Notes under the pieces: model-generated
The model's database searches: none
What the model was told of the DNA's origin: nothing
What the model saw: the letters and a program-made list of their open reading frames with translations, nothing else
Shown: positions 46,807-57,020 of the stretch, piece after piece
Layout: each line of letters opens with the position of its first letter
Position numbering within the stretch: position 1 is the first letter of the stretch
Assembly (NCBI GenBank): GCA_026397255.1
Contig: JAPLVF010000013.1
Span: forward strand, 150,062 to 214,061
Direction: 5' to 3'
DNA: 64,000 nt
From: Candidatus Beckwithbacteria bacterium
Lineage (GTDB): Bacteria; Patescibacteriota; Microgenomatia; UBA1400; CG1-02-47-37
Translations under genes and position numbers: made by a program

Positions 46807-47214
46807 TTACCTTTTTGGACTTTGCTTTTTGCGACGGGATTTGCCGCCCATGCCGATCATGCGGCGTTGACGCTCGCGGGGATCACGGGTAATAAAGCCT
46901 TTCTGGCGAAGCGGGGGTCTAAAATCCGGATTGGCCTTAACTAAGGCCCGGGCCAGACCGTGAATAACCGCGGTTAATTGGCTCATTTTGCCGGAACCGA
47001 GGACTTTGACAGTGACGTAATATTTATCCAAAACATCACAGGTCACCAATGGTTCCTGATAAAGCTTTTTTAAAACTGCGCCGGGAAAATATTTATCGAT
47101 GGGAAGATTATTGACTAACGTCTCCCCTTTTCCTTTAAACAGCCTGATGCGGCTGACCGCAGATTTTCTCCGACCGATAGCAAAAATATATTTAGGTGAT
47201 TTAACAGTTGTCAT
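46807..47214 (-). CDS. rpsI: 30S ribosomal protein S9
   Basis: GRRKSAVSRIRL... and a C-terminal ...RRKKQSPKR. Confidence 0.9.
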   Translation of the reverse strand: MTTVKSPKYIFAIGRRKSAVSRIRLFKGKGETLVNNLPIDKYFPGAVLKKLYQEPLVTCDVLDKYYVTVKVLGSGKMSQLTAVIHGLARALVKANPDFRPPLRQKGFITRDPRERQRRMIGMGGKSRRKKQSPKR

Positions 47215-47217
47215 AAA

Positions 47218-47637
47218 TTAAACCTTTTTAAGTTTATCTTGATAAATATGCTGATCAGTTTTAAAAACTTTCAAACGGCAAAGGCGAGCATCGCGCAATT
47301 TGTTTTTCGGCAACATTTTGGAAACAGTCCAAAGTAACGCCTGACGGGAATCTTTTTTAAGCTGCTCACCAAAAGTGATAGATTGAAAACCGCCGGGATA
47401 ATTAGAATGGCGCCAATAAGTTTTTTGCAATAATTTTTTGCCGGTGACGCTAATTTTATCGCTGTTAATAACAACGACATAATCGCCGCAATCCAGCTGA
47501 GGGGTAAAATAAGGTTTGTTTTTGCCTAAAAGTTTTTGAGCAATAGCGGAAGCCAAGCGACCTAGAACTTGGTTGTCAGCATCAACTAAATGCCATTCAC
47601 GCTTAATATCAGTTTGTTTGGTGGCGTAGGTTTTCAT
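47218..47637 (-). CDS. rplM: 50S ribosomal protein L13
   Basis: W.LVDA....LGRLAS.IA..L.GK.KP. Confidence 0.9.
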   Translation of the reverse strand: MKTYATKQTDIKREWHLVDADNQVLGRLASAIAQKLLGKNKPYFTPQLDCGDYVVVINSDKISVTGKKLLQKTYWRHSNYPGGFQSITFGEQLKKDSRQALLWTVSKMLPKNKLRDARLCRLKVFKTDQHIYQDKLKKV

Positions 47638-48029
47638 TTTTTCACCTCAGGTTTTTTCACTTCTTTTTTAATTTCTTTATCAATAAACTCAATCTGGGCG
47701 AGCATGGCGTTATCGCCGCGGCGAGTTCCGACTCTGACCAACTTGGTAAAACCACTGGTTCTGGTTTTTGTCCGGGGGGCAAGAATATCAACCAACTTGT
47801 GAACCGCCGGCTTGTAAGATAAAAAGGCCAATAGTTGGCGCCGGGCGGCTAAAGTGTCTTTTTTCGCCTGGGTCATCAACTTGTCCATTAGGCCGGCTAA
47901 AACTTTGGCTTTGGCAATCGTGGTGGTAATCTTTTCATGAATAATTAACGAATTAACCAATTGCCTAAACAAGGCTTGGCGTTGATTAGTGTTGCGGCCG
48001 AGCTTAGTCAATTTGTGACGATGTCTCAT
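47634..48029 (-). CDS. rplQ: 50S ribosomal protein L17
   Basis: [24 protein letters not shown]. Confidence 0.9.
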   Translation of the reverse strand: MRHRHKLTKLGRNTNQRQALFRQLVNSLIIHEKITTTIAKAKVLAGLMDKLMTQAKKDTLAARRQLLAFLSYKPAVHKLVDILAPRTKTRTSGFTKLVRVGTRRGDNAMLAQIEFIDKEIKKEVKKPEVKK

Positions 48030-48937
48030 TTCACTTCAACCCCTTTAGTTTTTAATTTTTTAAGAACAATGTCGACGGATTTGCCGCCCAGATTTTTCAC
48101 TTTGGCAATCGCTTCCTTGGTAGTGGAAGCTAAATCTTTGACGGTGACAAACCCGCCCTTTTTCAAGGCGTTGGCAATCCGGGTGGGTAAATCCAGCTCT
48201 TCAACTGATAATTTTAAGACTTCGTCGTCGCTGCTAACCACAGTAGCCACCGGTTCTTCGGCTTCAAAAACAGGTTTGATAATTTGGTTAAAGTGGCTAA
48301 TTAAAATTTTAGCAGCCGCTTCTAAGGCCTTTGAAGGCTTAATGGTAGCGTCTGTAAAAATCTCCATCACCAATTTATCAAGATCGGTGCGGCGACCCAC
48401 CCGGGCGGTTTCGATATTGTAGTTAACCCGAACAACCGGAGAAAAAGAAGCATCTAAAATAATTTCCGAGAGCTTCTTCGGCGCCCGGTCTTTTGCCGGC
48501 AGATAACCATAACCAGGACTAACTTCCAAGACAACGCTTAATTTGGTTTTTTTATCAGCCAAGGTGGCTAAAACCAAATCTTTATTGATAACTTTAACTC
48601 CGGCGGGAACGACAATGTCTCCGGCCTTAACTTTGGTCGGACCGCTAACAGTTAAATGGGCCTCAACCGGTTTATCGCCGGAGAATTCAAAACGGACCTG
48701 TTTTAAGTTTAACAAAAGCTCGACCACGTCTTCTTTCATACCGGACAAAGTGGTGAATTGATGGGTGATACCGTCAATAGTCACAGCCGTAATGGCGGCA
48801 CCGGGAAGGTTGGTTAGAAGAACCCGACGCAGGGCATTACCGACAGTTAAACCAAAACCTTTTTCCAGAGGAAAGAGTTCAAATTTGCCAAAATCTTTAG
48901 TTTCGGCTTGGGCAATGGTTTTAAAATTAACTTTCAT
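48026..48937 (-). CDS. rpoA: DNA-directed RNA polymerase subunit alpha
   Basis: GFGLTVGNALRRVLL N-domain and a C-terminal alpha-CTD. Confidence 0.9.
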   Translation of the reverse strand: MKVNFKTIAQAETKDFGKFELFPLEKGFGLTVGNALRRVLLTNLPGAAITAVTIDGITHQFTTLSGMKEDVVELLLNLKQVRFEFSGDKPVEAHLTVSGPTKVKAGDIVVPAGVKVINKDLVLATLADKKTKLSVVLEVSPGYGYLPAKDRAPKKLSEIILDASFSPVVRVNYNIETARVGRRTDLDKLVMEIFTDATIKPSKALEAAAKILISHFNQIIKPVFEAEEPVATVVSSDDEVLKLSVEELDLPTRIANALKKGGFVTVKDLASTTKEAIAKVKNLGGKSVDIVLKKLKTKGVEVK

Positions 48938-48970
48938 AAATGTCCTCCCCCCGACGTAACGTCGGGATAA

Positions 48971-49582
48971 TTATCTTGAGTAAAACTCAACTATTAATTG
49001 TTCTTGAATATTAACATCAATTTCTTCACGTTTGGGTAAACGGGAAAATTTAACCAGCACGGCCTTTTTTTCCAGCCAATGAGGCACATTAAGTTCTTTG
49101 TTTTCCAATAATTTGGCAATCTGGGGAATGCTGGCGGTTTTCGGGCTTAAGCTGACAACCTGACCAACTTTTATTAAGCAGGAGGGAATCGTAACCCGCT
49201 GGCCTTCAACCAAAGCGTGACCGTGGTTAACCAGCTGACGGGCCATTGCCCTCGTAGTGGCAAAGCCGGCGCGATAGACAATATTATCCAGACGGGACTC
49301 CAAAATCTGCAACAGTTTTTCGCCGGTAGCGGCTTGAGTTTTTCTAGCGACTTCGTAGTAACGGCGAAATTGGCGTTCGGAAACGTCATAAATCGCTCTT
49401 AATTTCTGTTTCTCTTTTAACTGGCCGGCATAATCGGAAGAGCGACGTCTCATCATTTTCCGACCGTGCATGCCGGGTTTATTAGGTTTTTTGGCTAAAA
49501 TTTTGTCAAATTTTTTGGAGCCGAAAATATTTTCGGAAAATTTTCTAACAATTTTGGCACGAGGCTGAATAGTTCTGGACAT
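48971..49582 (-). CDS. rpsD: 30S ribosomal protein S4
   Basis: The S4 N-terminus and an S4 RNA-binding domain. Confidence 0.9.
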   Translation of the reverse strand: MSRTIQPRAKIVRKFSENIFGSKKFDKILAKKPNKPGMHGRKMMRRRSSDYAGQLKEKQKLRAIYDVSERQFRRYYEVARKTQAATGEKLLQILESRLDNIVYRAGFATTRAMARQLVNHGHALVEGQRVTIPSCLIKVGQVVSLSPKTASIPQIAKLLENKELNVPHWLEKKAVLVKFSRLPKREEIDVNIQEQLIVEFYSR

Positions 49583-49587
49583 AAACT

Positions 49588-49956
49588 TTAACCGTGACGG
49601 CGCTTTTTAGGCCGGCAGCCGTTATGAGGCATGGGAGTAATGTCGGCAATCAGACCGACTTTAATTCCGCTGGCCTTAATCACTCCCAGAGCCGCGTCGC
49701 GGCCGGCACCCGGGCCTTTGATAAAAACCTGCATCGAGGTGACCCCGACTTCTTTAGCCGCTTTAACCACTTTGTCAATGGCGGTAGTGGCAGCAAAAGG
49801 GGTGGCTTTCCGGGCGCCTTTAAAACCGGAAGCGCCGGTGGAACCCCAGGAAATAACATTGCCGTTTAAGTCAGTTAAAGAAACTAAAGTATTATTAAAA
49901 GAAGCGGTAATGTAAAGCTTGGCAGATTTGATTTGGGGAAGTTCTTTTTTAGCCAT
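49588..49956 (-). CDS. rpsK: 30S ribosomal protein S11
   Basis: S11 signature ...GFKGARKATPFAA... Confidence 0.9.
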   Translation of the reverse strand: MAKKELPQIKSAKLYITASFNNTLVSLTDLNGNVISWGSTGASGFKGARKATPFAATTAIDKVVKAAKEVGVTSMQVFIKGPGAGRDAALGVIKASGIKVGLIADITPMPHNGCRPKKRRHG

Positions 49957-49958
49957 AT

Positions 49959-50369
49959 TTATTTACTATCCTCTTTCTTGGCAGCCTCAACTTTAGCGGC
50001 CTCTTCTTTCTTAAGGGCGCCAACGGTCATCCGTTTACCGCGTTTAGTCCGGGCGTTGTGGCGGGTGCGCTGGCCGCGGGCCGGCAGGCGCATGCTGTGA
50101 CGCAAGCCGCGATAAGTACCAATCTGTTTTAAACGTTTGATATTCTCAGTAATTTGGCCGCGCAAAGAGCCTTCCACGGAAATCGTGTCAACGGCTTTTT
50201 GCAGGCGGGCAATTTCGTCGGAGTTTAAATCTTTGGCGCGCTTATTGGCATCAACATTGGCTAATTTAAGCAGTTTAGTGACATTGTGCCGGCCGACGCC
50301 AAAAAGATAACTCAAGGCAATTTCGATCCTTTTATTAGCGGGCAGGTCAATTCCGGAAATTCTGGGCAT
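49959..50369 (-). CDS. rpsM: 30S ribosomal protein S13
   Basis: MPRISGIDLP.NKRIEIALSYLFGVG. Confidence 0.9.
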   Translation of the reverse strand: MPRISGIDLPANKRIEIALSYLFGVGRHNVTKLLKLANVDANKRAKDLNSDEIARLQKAVDTISVEGSLRGQITENIKRLKQIGTYRGLRHSMRLPARGQRTRHNARTKRGKRMTVGALKKEEAAKVEAAKKEDSK

Positions 50370-50375
50370 ATATTT

Positions 50376-50489
50376 TTATCCCTGCCTTTGTTTGTGCCTT
50401 GGATTTGTACACAGCACATAAACCCGGCCTTTGCGCCGGACTATCTTACACTTTAAGCAACGTTTTTTAACTGAGGCTTGAACTTTCAT
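50376..50489 (-). CDS. rpmJ: 50S ribosomal protein L36
   Basis: Found manually: the minus strand reads [37 protein letters not shown]. Its ATG overlaps the infA stop (ATGA). Too short for the ORF track. Confidence 0.85.
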   Translation of the reverse strand: MKVQASVKKRCLKCKIVRRKGRVYVLCTNPRHKQRQG

Positions 50490-50707
50490 TTTTCTCGGTA
50501 GACAATCCGACCTTTAGTGGTGTCGTAAGGCGACTGCTCAAGACGGACTTTGTCACCAGGCAGAACGCGGATGTGATATAAACGCATCTTGCCGGCCAAA
50601 TGACAAAGAACAACTTTATCAGTCCCAGTCAATTTCACCCGAAAGGTGGCGTTGGGAAGAGATTCTAACACCTCTCCCTCAACTTCGATAATGTCTTTTG
50701 ACTCCAT
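50486..50707 (-). CDS. infA: Translation initiation factor IF-1
   Basis: 73 aa S1-like OB fold ...[18 protein letters not shown]. Confidence 0.9.
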   Translation of the reverse strand: MESKDIIEVEGEVLESLPNATFRVKLTGTDKVVLCHLAGKMRLYHIRVLPGDKVRLEQSPYDTTKGRIVYREK

Positions 50708-50730
50708 TAATTAATTATAATAATAACAAA

Positions 50731-50756
50731 ACTACCTCCACATCTTGCGAGGTAGT
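50731..50756 (-). terminator. Hairpin plus U-rich tract between the kinase-like gene and infA
   Basis: actacctc-cacatcttgc-gaggtagt has an 8-bp stem. On the minus-strand RNA it is followed by UUUGUUAUUAUUAU, and no SD precedes the infA ATG. Confidence 0.35.
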
Positions 50757-50804
50757 CTTTAATTTGTCAAGGAAACAGAGTGAATAATAACATGGGGTTG
50801 AGAA

Positions 50805-51374
50805 TTAGTCCAGTAGGAAAAAATTTAAGGCCTTTTCTAGTTCCTGGTGGAAAGCGGAGACAGAAGTTTCATTAACAATTAAATAATCGGCTAAAGCGAT
50901 CGGTTCGGCTTTATTGAGGTGTTTTAGCTCATCACAATCACGCTGTTTGGCTTGGATTTCCGTTAACGGCCGAACCGGACGGTTTTCCAGGCGCTGATAA
51001 CGGATTTCCGGACGGGCGTAAATCCCTAACAATTTTAATTGGGGAAACTTGGCTTTTAAATAAGTGTATTCTTCCCAGGAATAAAGGCCGTCGAGAACAA
51101 TACATTCCACTCCGGAGTGGAATGTTTCTTTAATGCGGGGCTCGAGCTTAATGGCATAGGCGGCCATGCCGAGTTCTTTTCTTAAGTTCTCGCGGTATTG
51201 ACGTTCGTTAGTTTCGGTTAAAGGGAGATTTTTGGCACGTAAGCCCCGATCGGTTTCGTCACCAAAACGTAAAACCGGATAGCCTTTGGTTTTAAAAAAA
51301 TCACAAGCCAAAGATTTTCCCGAACCGGCCATACCGACAACGGCAATAATTATTTGGTCTCGATCTCGCGGCAT
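50805..51374 (-). CDS. P-loop nucleotide kinase-like protein (archaeal-type cytidylate/adenylate kinase or dephospho-CoA kinase-like)
   Basis: Walker A VVGMAGSGKS and a short NMP-kinase-like architecture. It occupies the position where map usually sits after adk. Confidence 0.45.
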   Translation of the reverse strand: MPRDRDQIIIAVVGMAGSGKSLACDFFKTKGYPVLRFGDETDRGLRAKNLPLTETNERQYRENLRKELGMAAYAIKLEPRIKETFHSGVECIVLDGLYSWEEYTYLKAKFPQLKLLGIYARPEIRYQRLENRPVRPLTEIQAKQRDCDELKHLNKAEPIALADYLIVNETSVSAFHQELEKALNFFLLD

Positions 51375-51925
51375 ATATCCTCAAAAATTTTCTCGATCGT
51401 CTGCTCACCGTTAATTTTTCTTAATAAACCCTGCTCTTGGTAAAATTTTAAAACATCGGCTTCCTGGTCAGCATACATTTTTAAGCGGGTTTGAATCTTT
51501 TCCGGGCTGTCGTGTAAAGAACCGTCCGGATTGGTGCGTTTGCGGGCCAGAAGCCGTTTAATTGATTCGGCTTCGCTGACCTGAAGATAAAAGACAAAAT
51601 TGACGGTTTTGCCGTATTTTTCCAGTTTTTCGTTTAAAAAGACCGCCTGGCTGGAATTTCTGGGAAAGCCGTCAATAATAAAACCATTGGCCGCATCCGG
51701 CTCTTTCAGGCGGACTTTCCACAAAACAAACATTTCCGAATCGGCCACATAGTGGCCTTTTGATAACGATTCCCGGCAGATTTCACCCATGATTCCTTTG
51801 TCTTCGGCCGAATATTTTCTGACTAAATCGCCGGAACCAAGATAGGGCAACTTTAGCTTCTCAGCCAGCATTTTAGCCTGAGTACTTTTACCTGAACCTT
51901 CGGGACCGTAAAAGATAATAAACAT
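51350..51925 (-). CDS. adk: Adenylate kinase
   Basis: FIIFYGPEGSGKSTQAKMLAEKL. The start is placed at MFIIFYG; the ORF track begins 6 codons earlier. Confidence 0.85.
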   Translation of the reverse strand: MFIIFYGPEGSGKSTQAKMLAEKLKLPYLGSGDLVRKYSAEDKGIMGEICRESLSKGHYVADSEMFVLWKVRLKEPDAANGFIIDGFPRNSSQAVFLNEKLEKYGKTVNFVFYLQVSEAESIKRLLARKRTNPDGSLHDSPEKIQTRLKMYADQEADVLKFYQEQGLLRKINGEQTIEKIFEDICREIETK

Positions 51926-51926
51926 A

Positions 51927-53213
51927 TTATAAGAACCCTTCATAATTTCTCATTAATAATTGAGATTCCAAGCTTTTAGAAACTTCCAAGATAACTGAGA
52001 CAACAATCAAGATGCCGGTGCCGCCGATGGTTAAAGTAGTAATCCCGGTTAGACCGCTGGCAATCGAAGGCAAGATGGCCACCAAACCCAAAAAGATAGC
52101 CCCGGCCAAAGTAATCCGGTTTAAGACCTGAGACAGATAGTCAGCGGTCGGCCGACCGGGACGAAGCCCGGGAATAAAGCCGCCGTATTTTTTAATATCG
52201 TCGGAAATTTTGTCCGGATTAAAGGTGACGGCAGTATAGAAATAGGTAAAACCGATGACTAAAAAGAAATAAATCAGGTGGTAAGGTAAACGGTTGGGGT
52301 CAAAAAAATTGACGAAGGCCCCGGCAAAACGGCTAAAAGGAAATTGAGGCAACTGCTGTAAATAACGACCGACAACGGAAGGCATCACTACTAAAGAAAC
52401 AGCAAAGATGATCGGGATAACGCCGGCCTGATTAACCCGTAAAGGCAGATAGGTGGTTTGACCGGATGCGGCAGTGGCCGAGGCATGGATCCGCCGGGCG
52501 TATTTTACCGGAATCTGGCGGACAGCTTCATTAACAAAAACAATGGCGGCAATAACAATTAAGCTCATGACCGTAAAAGTCACCACACTTAATAAATTAA
52601 GGGTTTGACTGATGGCCGATGTCTGCAACAAAGACACCGGCAGACGGCCGACAATGCCGGCGAAAATCAAGACCGAAATACCGTTGCCAATCCCATATTC
52701 GGTTAACAACTCCCCTAACCACATTAAGAAAATTGTGCCGCAAATCATGCTAAAAACCAGGTTAACTAAAGATAAGGGGCTGGAAATGGTTAAAATATGC
52801 TGATTTTTTAACAAAACGACCATACCCACAGACTGAATCGCCGATAAGGGAATGGTTAAAAGCCGGGTATATTGGTTAATTTTTTCGCGGCCATACTCGC
52901 CTTCTTTGGATAAAGCTTCTAATTTAGGGAAAAGAATGGTGGCTAGCTGTAAAACTATGGAAGCATTAATATATGGCCCTAAACCTAAAGCCATAATGGA
53001 AAAGTTGGCCAGGGTGCCGCCGGAAAAAATATCCAAAAGCCCTAACAGTTGGTTGGAGCCGAAAAGTTGTTTGAGAGCGCCGGGATTAACTCCGGGAACG
53101 GGAATGTGGGCCACAAAACGGAAAATAACAAAAATCAGCAAAGTAATTAAAAATTTACGGCGCAATTCGTGAAAACGCCACAATTTTTTAAGAGGGGCAA
53201 GAAAATTAGGCAT
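51927..53213 (-). CDS. secY: Protein translocase subunit SecY
   Basis: 428 aa with 10 TM segments and the conserved SecY plug/hinge regions. Confidence 0.9.
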   Translation of the reverse strand: MPNFLAPLKKLWRFHELRRKFLITLLIFVIFRFVAHIPVPGVNPGALKQLFGSNQLLGLLDIFSGGTLANFSIMALGLGPYINASIVLQLATILFPKLEALSKEGEYGREKINQYTRLLTIPLSAIQSVGMVVLLKNQHILTISSPLSLVNLVFSMICGTIFLMWLGELLTEYGIGNGISVLIFAGIVGRLPVSLLQTSAISQTLNLLSVVTFTVMSLIVIAAIVFVNEAVRQIPVKYARRIHASATAASGQTTYLPLRVNQAGVIPIIFAVSLVVMPSVVGRYLQQLPQFPFSRFAGAFVNFFDPNRLPYHLIYFFLVIGFTYFYTAVTFNPDKISDDIKKYGGFIPGLRPGRPTADYLSQVLNRITLAGAIFLGLVAILPSIASGLTGITTLTIGGTGILIVVSVILEVSKSLESQLLMRNYEGFL

Positions 53214-53640
53214 TTAATTTCGCCACTTTTTTCGCAGCGGCCTTAGACATTGGCAAATCAATCTTCAAACGATGCTTAAGTTCACCTTCACCCAAGATTT
53301 TTACCGGTAAGCCAACCGCGTTTTTTGGTAATAAATTATATTTAATTAAAGTTTCGATGGTAACGACGGTGTTTTTAGGCAAAACATTTAAATCTTTAAG
53401 ATTAAAAATCAAGGATTTCTTAGAGAAAGACTTAAATCTTAACTTGCCCCGAAGCATCGGCGAGCGCCGAATCAAGCCTTTGCGCATTTTGGTGCCTTCA
53501 AAATACAAAGGGACTTTGCCGCGAACGTTGTCACCTTTGGCGCCGCGGCCGGTGGTATGCCCACCAGAACCGGAACCATAACCACGGCCAACCCGTTTTT
53601 TGGACTTGTCAACAATTTTAGGCAACTTAGATAATTCCAT
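53206..53640 (-). CDS. rplO: 50S ribosomal protein L15
   Basis: [19 protein letters not shown]. Confidence 0.9.
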   Translation of the reverse strand: MELSKLPKIVDKSKKRVGRGYGSGSGGHTTGRGAKGDNVRGKVPLYFEGTKMRKGLIRRSPMLRGKLRFKSFSKKSLIFNLKDLNVLPKNTVVTIETLIKYNLLPKNAVGLPVKILGEGELKHRLKIDLPMSKAAAKKVAKLNA

Positions 53641-53641
53641 A

Positions 53642-54085
53642 TTATTGCAATAGCTTTAATGCTTTAATTGTACAATAAACATTGGTCGCCTGGTTTTTTG
53701 TACCCAAAACCTTGCTGGAAACATTAGTGATGCCGGCGGCTTCCATCACCGCCCGAACAGCACCACCGGCAATGACCCCACTCCCGGGTGGGGCGGGTTT
53801 TAAGAGAATTTCGGCGGCCCCAAATTTAACCCGGATATCGTAAGGAATAGTGGTGCCTTTCATATTAACTTTAAAAAGGTTTTTCTTGGCGCGGCGGACG
53901 GCTTTTTTAATACCGGATAAAACATCCGGAGCCTTGCCTAAACCGACACCGACGCGGCCTTTTTTATCCCCAACAACCATTAAAATAGAAAAACCAATCT
54001 GATTGCCGCCTTTAGTTTTTTTGGAAACGCGGTTAATTTGAATGATTTTCTCTTCAAATTCTTTTTTTTCTTCGTATCTAGGCAT
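53642..54085 (-). CDS. rpsE: 30S ribosomal protein S5
   Basis: S5 dsRBD-like and C-domain motifs. It directly abuts rplO, with no L30 gene between. Confidence 0.9.
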   Translation of the reverse strand: MPRYEEKKEFEEKIIQINRVSKKTKGGNQIGFSILMVVGDKKGRVGVGLGKAPDVLSGIKKAVRRAKKNLFKVNMKGTTIPYDIRVKFGAAEILLKPAPPGSGVIAGGAVRAVMEAAGITNVSSKVLGTKNQATNVYCTIKALKLLQ

Positions 54086-54086
54086 A

Positions 54087-54404
54087 TTAAAAATTTAAAC
54101 CTGCCTTTCTGGCTGCTTCGGCCAGGGCTTTAATCCGGCCGTGATATTGGTAGGGCCCGCGGTCAAAAACAACGGCTTTAATTTTTTTGGCCAGAGCGGT
54201 TTTGGCCAAGGTGGCACCAATAGAATCAGGGTCCGAACCGGAAGCGGCCGCCAAAGTGACGCCTTTATCATCATCAATAATTTGGGCGTAAAGATGTTTT
54301 AAGGAACGAAAAACCGTTAATCTTGGCCTTAAAGCAGTCCCTTTGGTCTTGGAACGAACCCGAACTATCCGGCCCATTTTCTGGTTGGAATAACGTTTAA
54401 TCAT
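54087..54404 (-). CDS. rplR: 50S ribosomal protein L18
   Basis: [18 protein letters not shown]. Confidence 0.9.
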   Translation of the reverse strand: MIKRYSNQKMGRIVRVRSKTKGTALRPRLTVFRSLKHLYAQIIDDDKGVTLAAASGSDPDSIGATLAKTALAKKIKAVVFDRGPYQYHGRIKALAEAARKAGLNF

Positions 54405-54411
54405 AATGTTT

Positions 54412-54963
54412 TTAGGTTGTGACCGCAGCTTTGGCGGCTTTGCCAGGTTTTAATTTAATAACTTCTCCTTGGTAACGAATGCCTTTCCCCTTATAAACAT
54501 CGGGGTGGCGGAATTTTTTGATGTTGGCGGCAACTTGACCAACTAAATACTTGTCCGGGCCAGAAACAACGATAAATTTATTTTCTTTAATTTCCAGTTT
54601 AATCCCGGCCGGCTGATGATAAATGATCGGATGGGAAAATCCTAAAGACAGTTCAATCCCCTCCGCTAACGGTTTAACCCGATAACCGGTACCCTGAATT
54701 TCCAAAGTTTTAGTAAAACCGACAGTGACGCCTAAAACCATGTTGGCAATAATGCTTCTGATTAAACCATGTAAGGCACTAACGTCAGTGGTTTTAGAAA
54801 TAGGACTACAAATAACCTGATTGTCTTTAATTTCGACTTTAATGCCGGCGGGAATCGCTTGAGACAGTTCGGCGGTAGCGGATTTAACGACGATCCGACC
54901 GGCCGCAATAGTGGCGGTAACTCCTTGAGGGATAGTAACTGGTTGGTTGCCGATTCTACTCAT
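54412..54963 (-). CDS. rplF: 50S ribosomal protein L6
   Basis: Two-domain L6 pattern [15 protein letters not shown]. Confidence 0.9.
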   Translation of the reverse strand: MSRIGNQPVTIPQGVTATIAAGRIVVKSATAELSQAIPAGIKVEIKDNQVICSPISKTTDVSALHGLIRSIIANMVLGVTVGFTKTLEIQGTGYRVKPLAEGIELSLGFSHPIIYHQPAGIKLEIKENKFIVVSGPDKYLVGQVAANIKKFRHPDVYKGKGIRYQGEVIKLKPGKAAKAAVTT

Positions 54964-54966
54964 AAT

Positions 54967-55356
54967 TTAAGAAATTTTACAAATAATTTCGCCACCGACT
55001 GATAATTTTCTGGCCTCAGCCACGGTCATAATCCCTTTGGAAGTGGACAAAAGAGTCACTCCCCGGCCTTTAATTAAACGGTCAAGTTTAGCCACATCGG
55101 CGTAGTGCCGAACTCCGGGCCGGGAAATCCGGCGGACATTGGTCAGGGCCGGCTGGCGATTAATATATTTGAGATCGATGTTCAGATTTAAAAACGGTCT
55201 TTTGCCTTCAATTTTTAACCCCTTAAGATAATGATTGTTAATTAAAATTTTAACCAGCGCCTCTTTTAGCCGGGAATGAGGCACAATTAAGCTTTGGTGT
55301 TTGGCCAAATAAGCGTTTTTAATTCTGGTTAGTAAATCGGCAATCGGATCAGTCAT
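54967..55356 (-). CDS. rpsH: 30S ribosomal protein S8
   Basis: MTDPIADLLTRIKNA. Confidence 0.9.
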   Translation of the reverse strand: MTDPIADLLTRIKNAYLAKHQSLIVPHSRLKEALVKILINNHYLKGLKIEGKRPFLNLNIDLKYINRQPALTNVRRISRPGVRHYADVAKLDRLIKGRGVTLLSTSKGIMTVAEARKLSVGGEIICKIS

Positions 55357-55368
55357 AAATAAATATTT

Positions 55369-55563
55369 TTACCAGCTGGCTTTGGTAACTCCGGGTAATT
55401 CAGCTTTATGAGCCAGTTTACGAAAACATAAACGACACAAGCCAAAATGCCTAAGATAAGCCCGCGGCCGGCCGCACAATTTGCAGCGGTTGCGAAACCG
55501 GGTGGAAAACTTCGGTGGTTTAGCTTGTTTGGCAAAAAATTTAACTTTGGCCATACTTGTCAA
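55369..55563 (-). CDS. rpsN: 30S ribosomal protein S14 type Z (zinc-binding)
   Basis: 64 aa with [22 protein letters not shown]. Confidence 0.9.
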   Translation of the reverse strand: MTSMAKVKFFAKQAKPPKFSTRFRNRCKLCGRPRAYLRHFGLCRLCFRKLAHKAELPGVTKASW

Positions 55564-56117
55564 CCCTTGGCTGATTTTTCCTTGGTAAATGGCAGGCCGA
55601 GTAATTCTAGTAACTTTAAGGCTTTTTGATTATCAGCGGCAGTGGTAACAATGGTTATCTGTAAGCCGCGAGTCTGGTCGATTGTATCATAATTGACTTC
55701 GCGAAAAATAATCTGTTCTTTAAAGCCCAGTGAATAATTACCATGACCATCAAAAGCAGTGCGGGAAATCCCCTGAAAGCCCTGTATCTGCGGCAAAACG
55801 ACGCTAATTAGTTTATCTAAGAAAGCGTACATTCTTTCCCCTCTTAAGGTGGCCATGACGCCAATCGGATCACCTTGTCTGATCTTAAAGGCGGCTTCGG
55901 CGGCCCGGGCCTTAGTAATCAGCGCTTTTTGGCCGGCAATTAAACTAAAATAGTCCTGAACTTTTTTCGCCACACTTTTGTCGCCGGCGCCTTCTTTAAT
56001 ACCAACATTTAAAACTATCTTGAGTAGGCGGGGAGCAGCCAGGTCATGCTTAAGCTTTAGTTCTTGCTTTAAGGCAGGTAAAACGGTTTTAAAATATTTT
56101 TCCTGTAAACGGTTCAT
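55560..56117 (-). CDS. rplE: 50S ribosomal protein L5
   Basis: L5 signature [20 protein letters not shown]. Confidence 0.9.
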   Translation of the reverse strand: MNRLQEKYFKTVLPALKQELKLKHDLAAPRLLKIVLNVGIKEGAGDKSVAKKVQDYFSLIAGQKALITKARAAEAAFKIRQGDPIGVMATLRGERMYAFLDKLISVVLPQIQGFQGISRTAFDGHGNYSLGFKEQIIFREVNYDTIDQTRGLQITIVTTAADNQKALKLLELLGLPFTKEKSAKG

Positions 56118-56119
56118 AT

Positions 56120-56428
56120 TTAGTCAATGGGTTTCCCACATTTTTTACAAATTCTTAACTTTTTCTTCGCCGCTCCCTCAAAACCAATTCGGGTGACGCT
56201 ATGGCATTTAGGACAGATCAGGCTAATTTTAGCCAGATTTAAAGGCCGGGCTAAATCAACCATTGAACCAGCCTTACCTTCACCCCGGGCCTTAAGGTGT
56301 TTTTTATATAGATTAAGGCCAGTGACGGTAACGGCATTACTTTTAAGTAAAACTTTTTCAATTTTACCAGTTTTCCCCCGGTCTTTGCCGAGGGTAATTT
56401 TAACAGTATCGCCGACTTTAAATTTCAT
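56120..56428 (-). CDS. rplX: 50S ribosomal protein L24 with a C-terminal 4-Cys zinc-ribbon extension
   Basis: KOW motif [23 protein letters not shown], then CPKC...CKKC in the last 35 aa. Confidence 0.85.
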   Translation of the reverse strand: MKFKVGDTVKITLGKDRGKTGKIEKVLLKSNAVTVTGLNLYKKHLKARGEGKAGSMVDLARPLNLAKISLICPKCHSVTRIGFEGAAKKKLRICKKCGKPID

Positions 56429-56799
56429 AATACCTCCGGAGCCAAAGAGGCAATTTTACTGTAGCCTAAATTTTTAACTTCACGGGCAATGGGGCCAAAA
56501 ATACGGCTGGCCTTAGGCTCTTTGGTCTTAACATTGTCTAAAATAACCGCGGCATTGTCGTCAAAACGAATATAAGAACCGTCCTGACGGCGCTGTTCTT
56601 TGGCCACCCGGACGACCACGGCTTTAACCACTTCGCCTTTTTTAACCGCCGAAGTAGGGCTGGCTTCAATGACCGAAGCTGTGACCAAATCACCTAAGTA
56701 GCCGGTTTTACGCTTAAAACCGCCGTGAACCAGAAAGACCCGGAGCGATTTGGCCCCGGAATTATCAGCCACTTTAAGAACGGTTCTTAATTGAATCAT
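56425..56799 (-). CDS. rplN: 50S ribosomal protein L14
   Basis: [17 protein letters not shown]. Confidence 0.9.
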   Translation of the reverse strand: MIQLRTVLKVADNSGAKSLRVFLVHGGFKRKTGYLGDLVTASVIEASPTSAVKKGEVVKAVVVRVAKEQRRQDGSYIRFDDNAAVILDNVKTKEPKASRIFGPIAREVKNLGYSKIASLAPEVL

Positions 56800-57020
56800 A
56801 TTTTTTTAATTACTTTCCATTTTTTTCTTTTACTTAAAGGTCGGCATTCATGAATTATGACTTTGTCGCCCAATTTTAGGGGAAGTTCATTGTGAGCTAA
56901 ATATTTTTTCCGCCGGGTAATCGTTTTAGCATATAGGGGATGCGTCCAACGGCGCACTACTTCTATGACGACAGTTTTAAGCATTTTCGTACTGACAACT
57001 GAACCGGTAATTTGTTTCAT
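56796..57020 (-). CDS. rpsQ: 30S ribosomal protein S17
   Basis: [16 protein letters not shown]... Confidence 0.9.
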   Translation of the reverse strand: MKQITGSVVSTKMLKTVVIEVVRRWTHPLYAKTITRRKKYLAHNELPLKLGDKVIIHECRPLSKRKKWKVIKKI

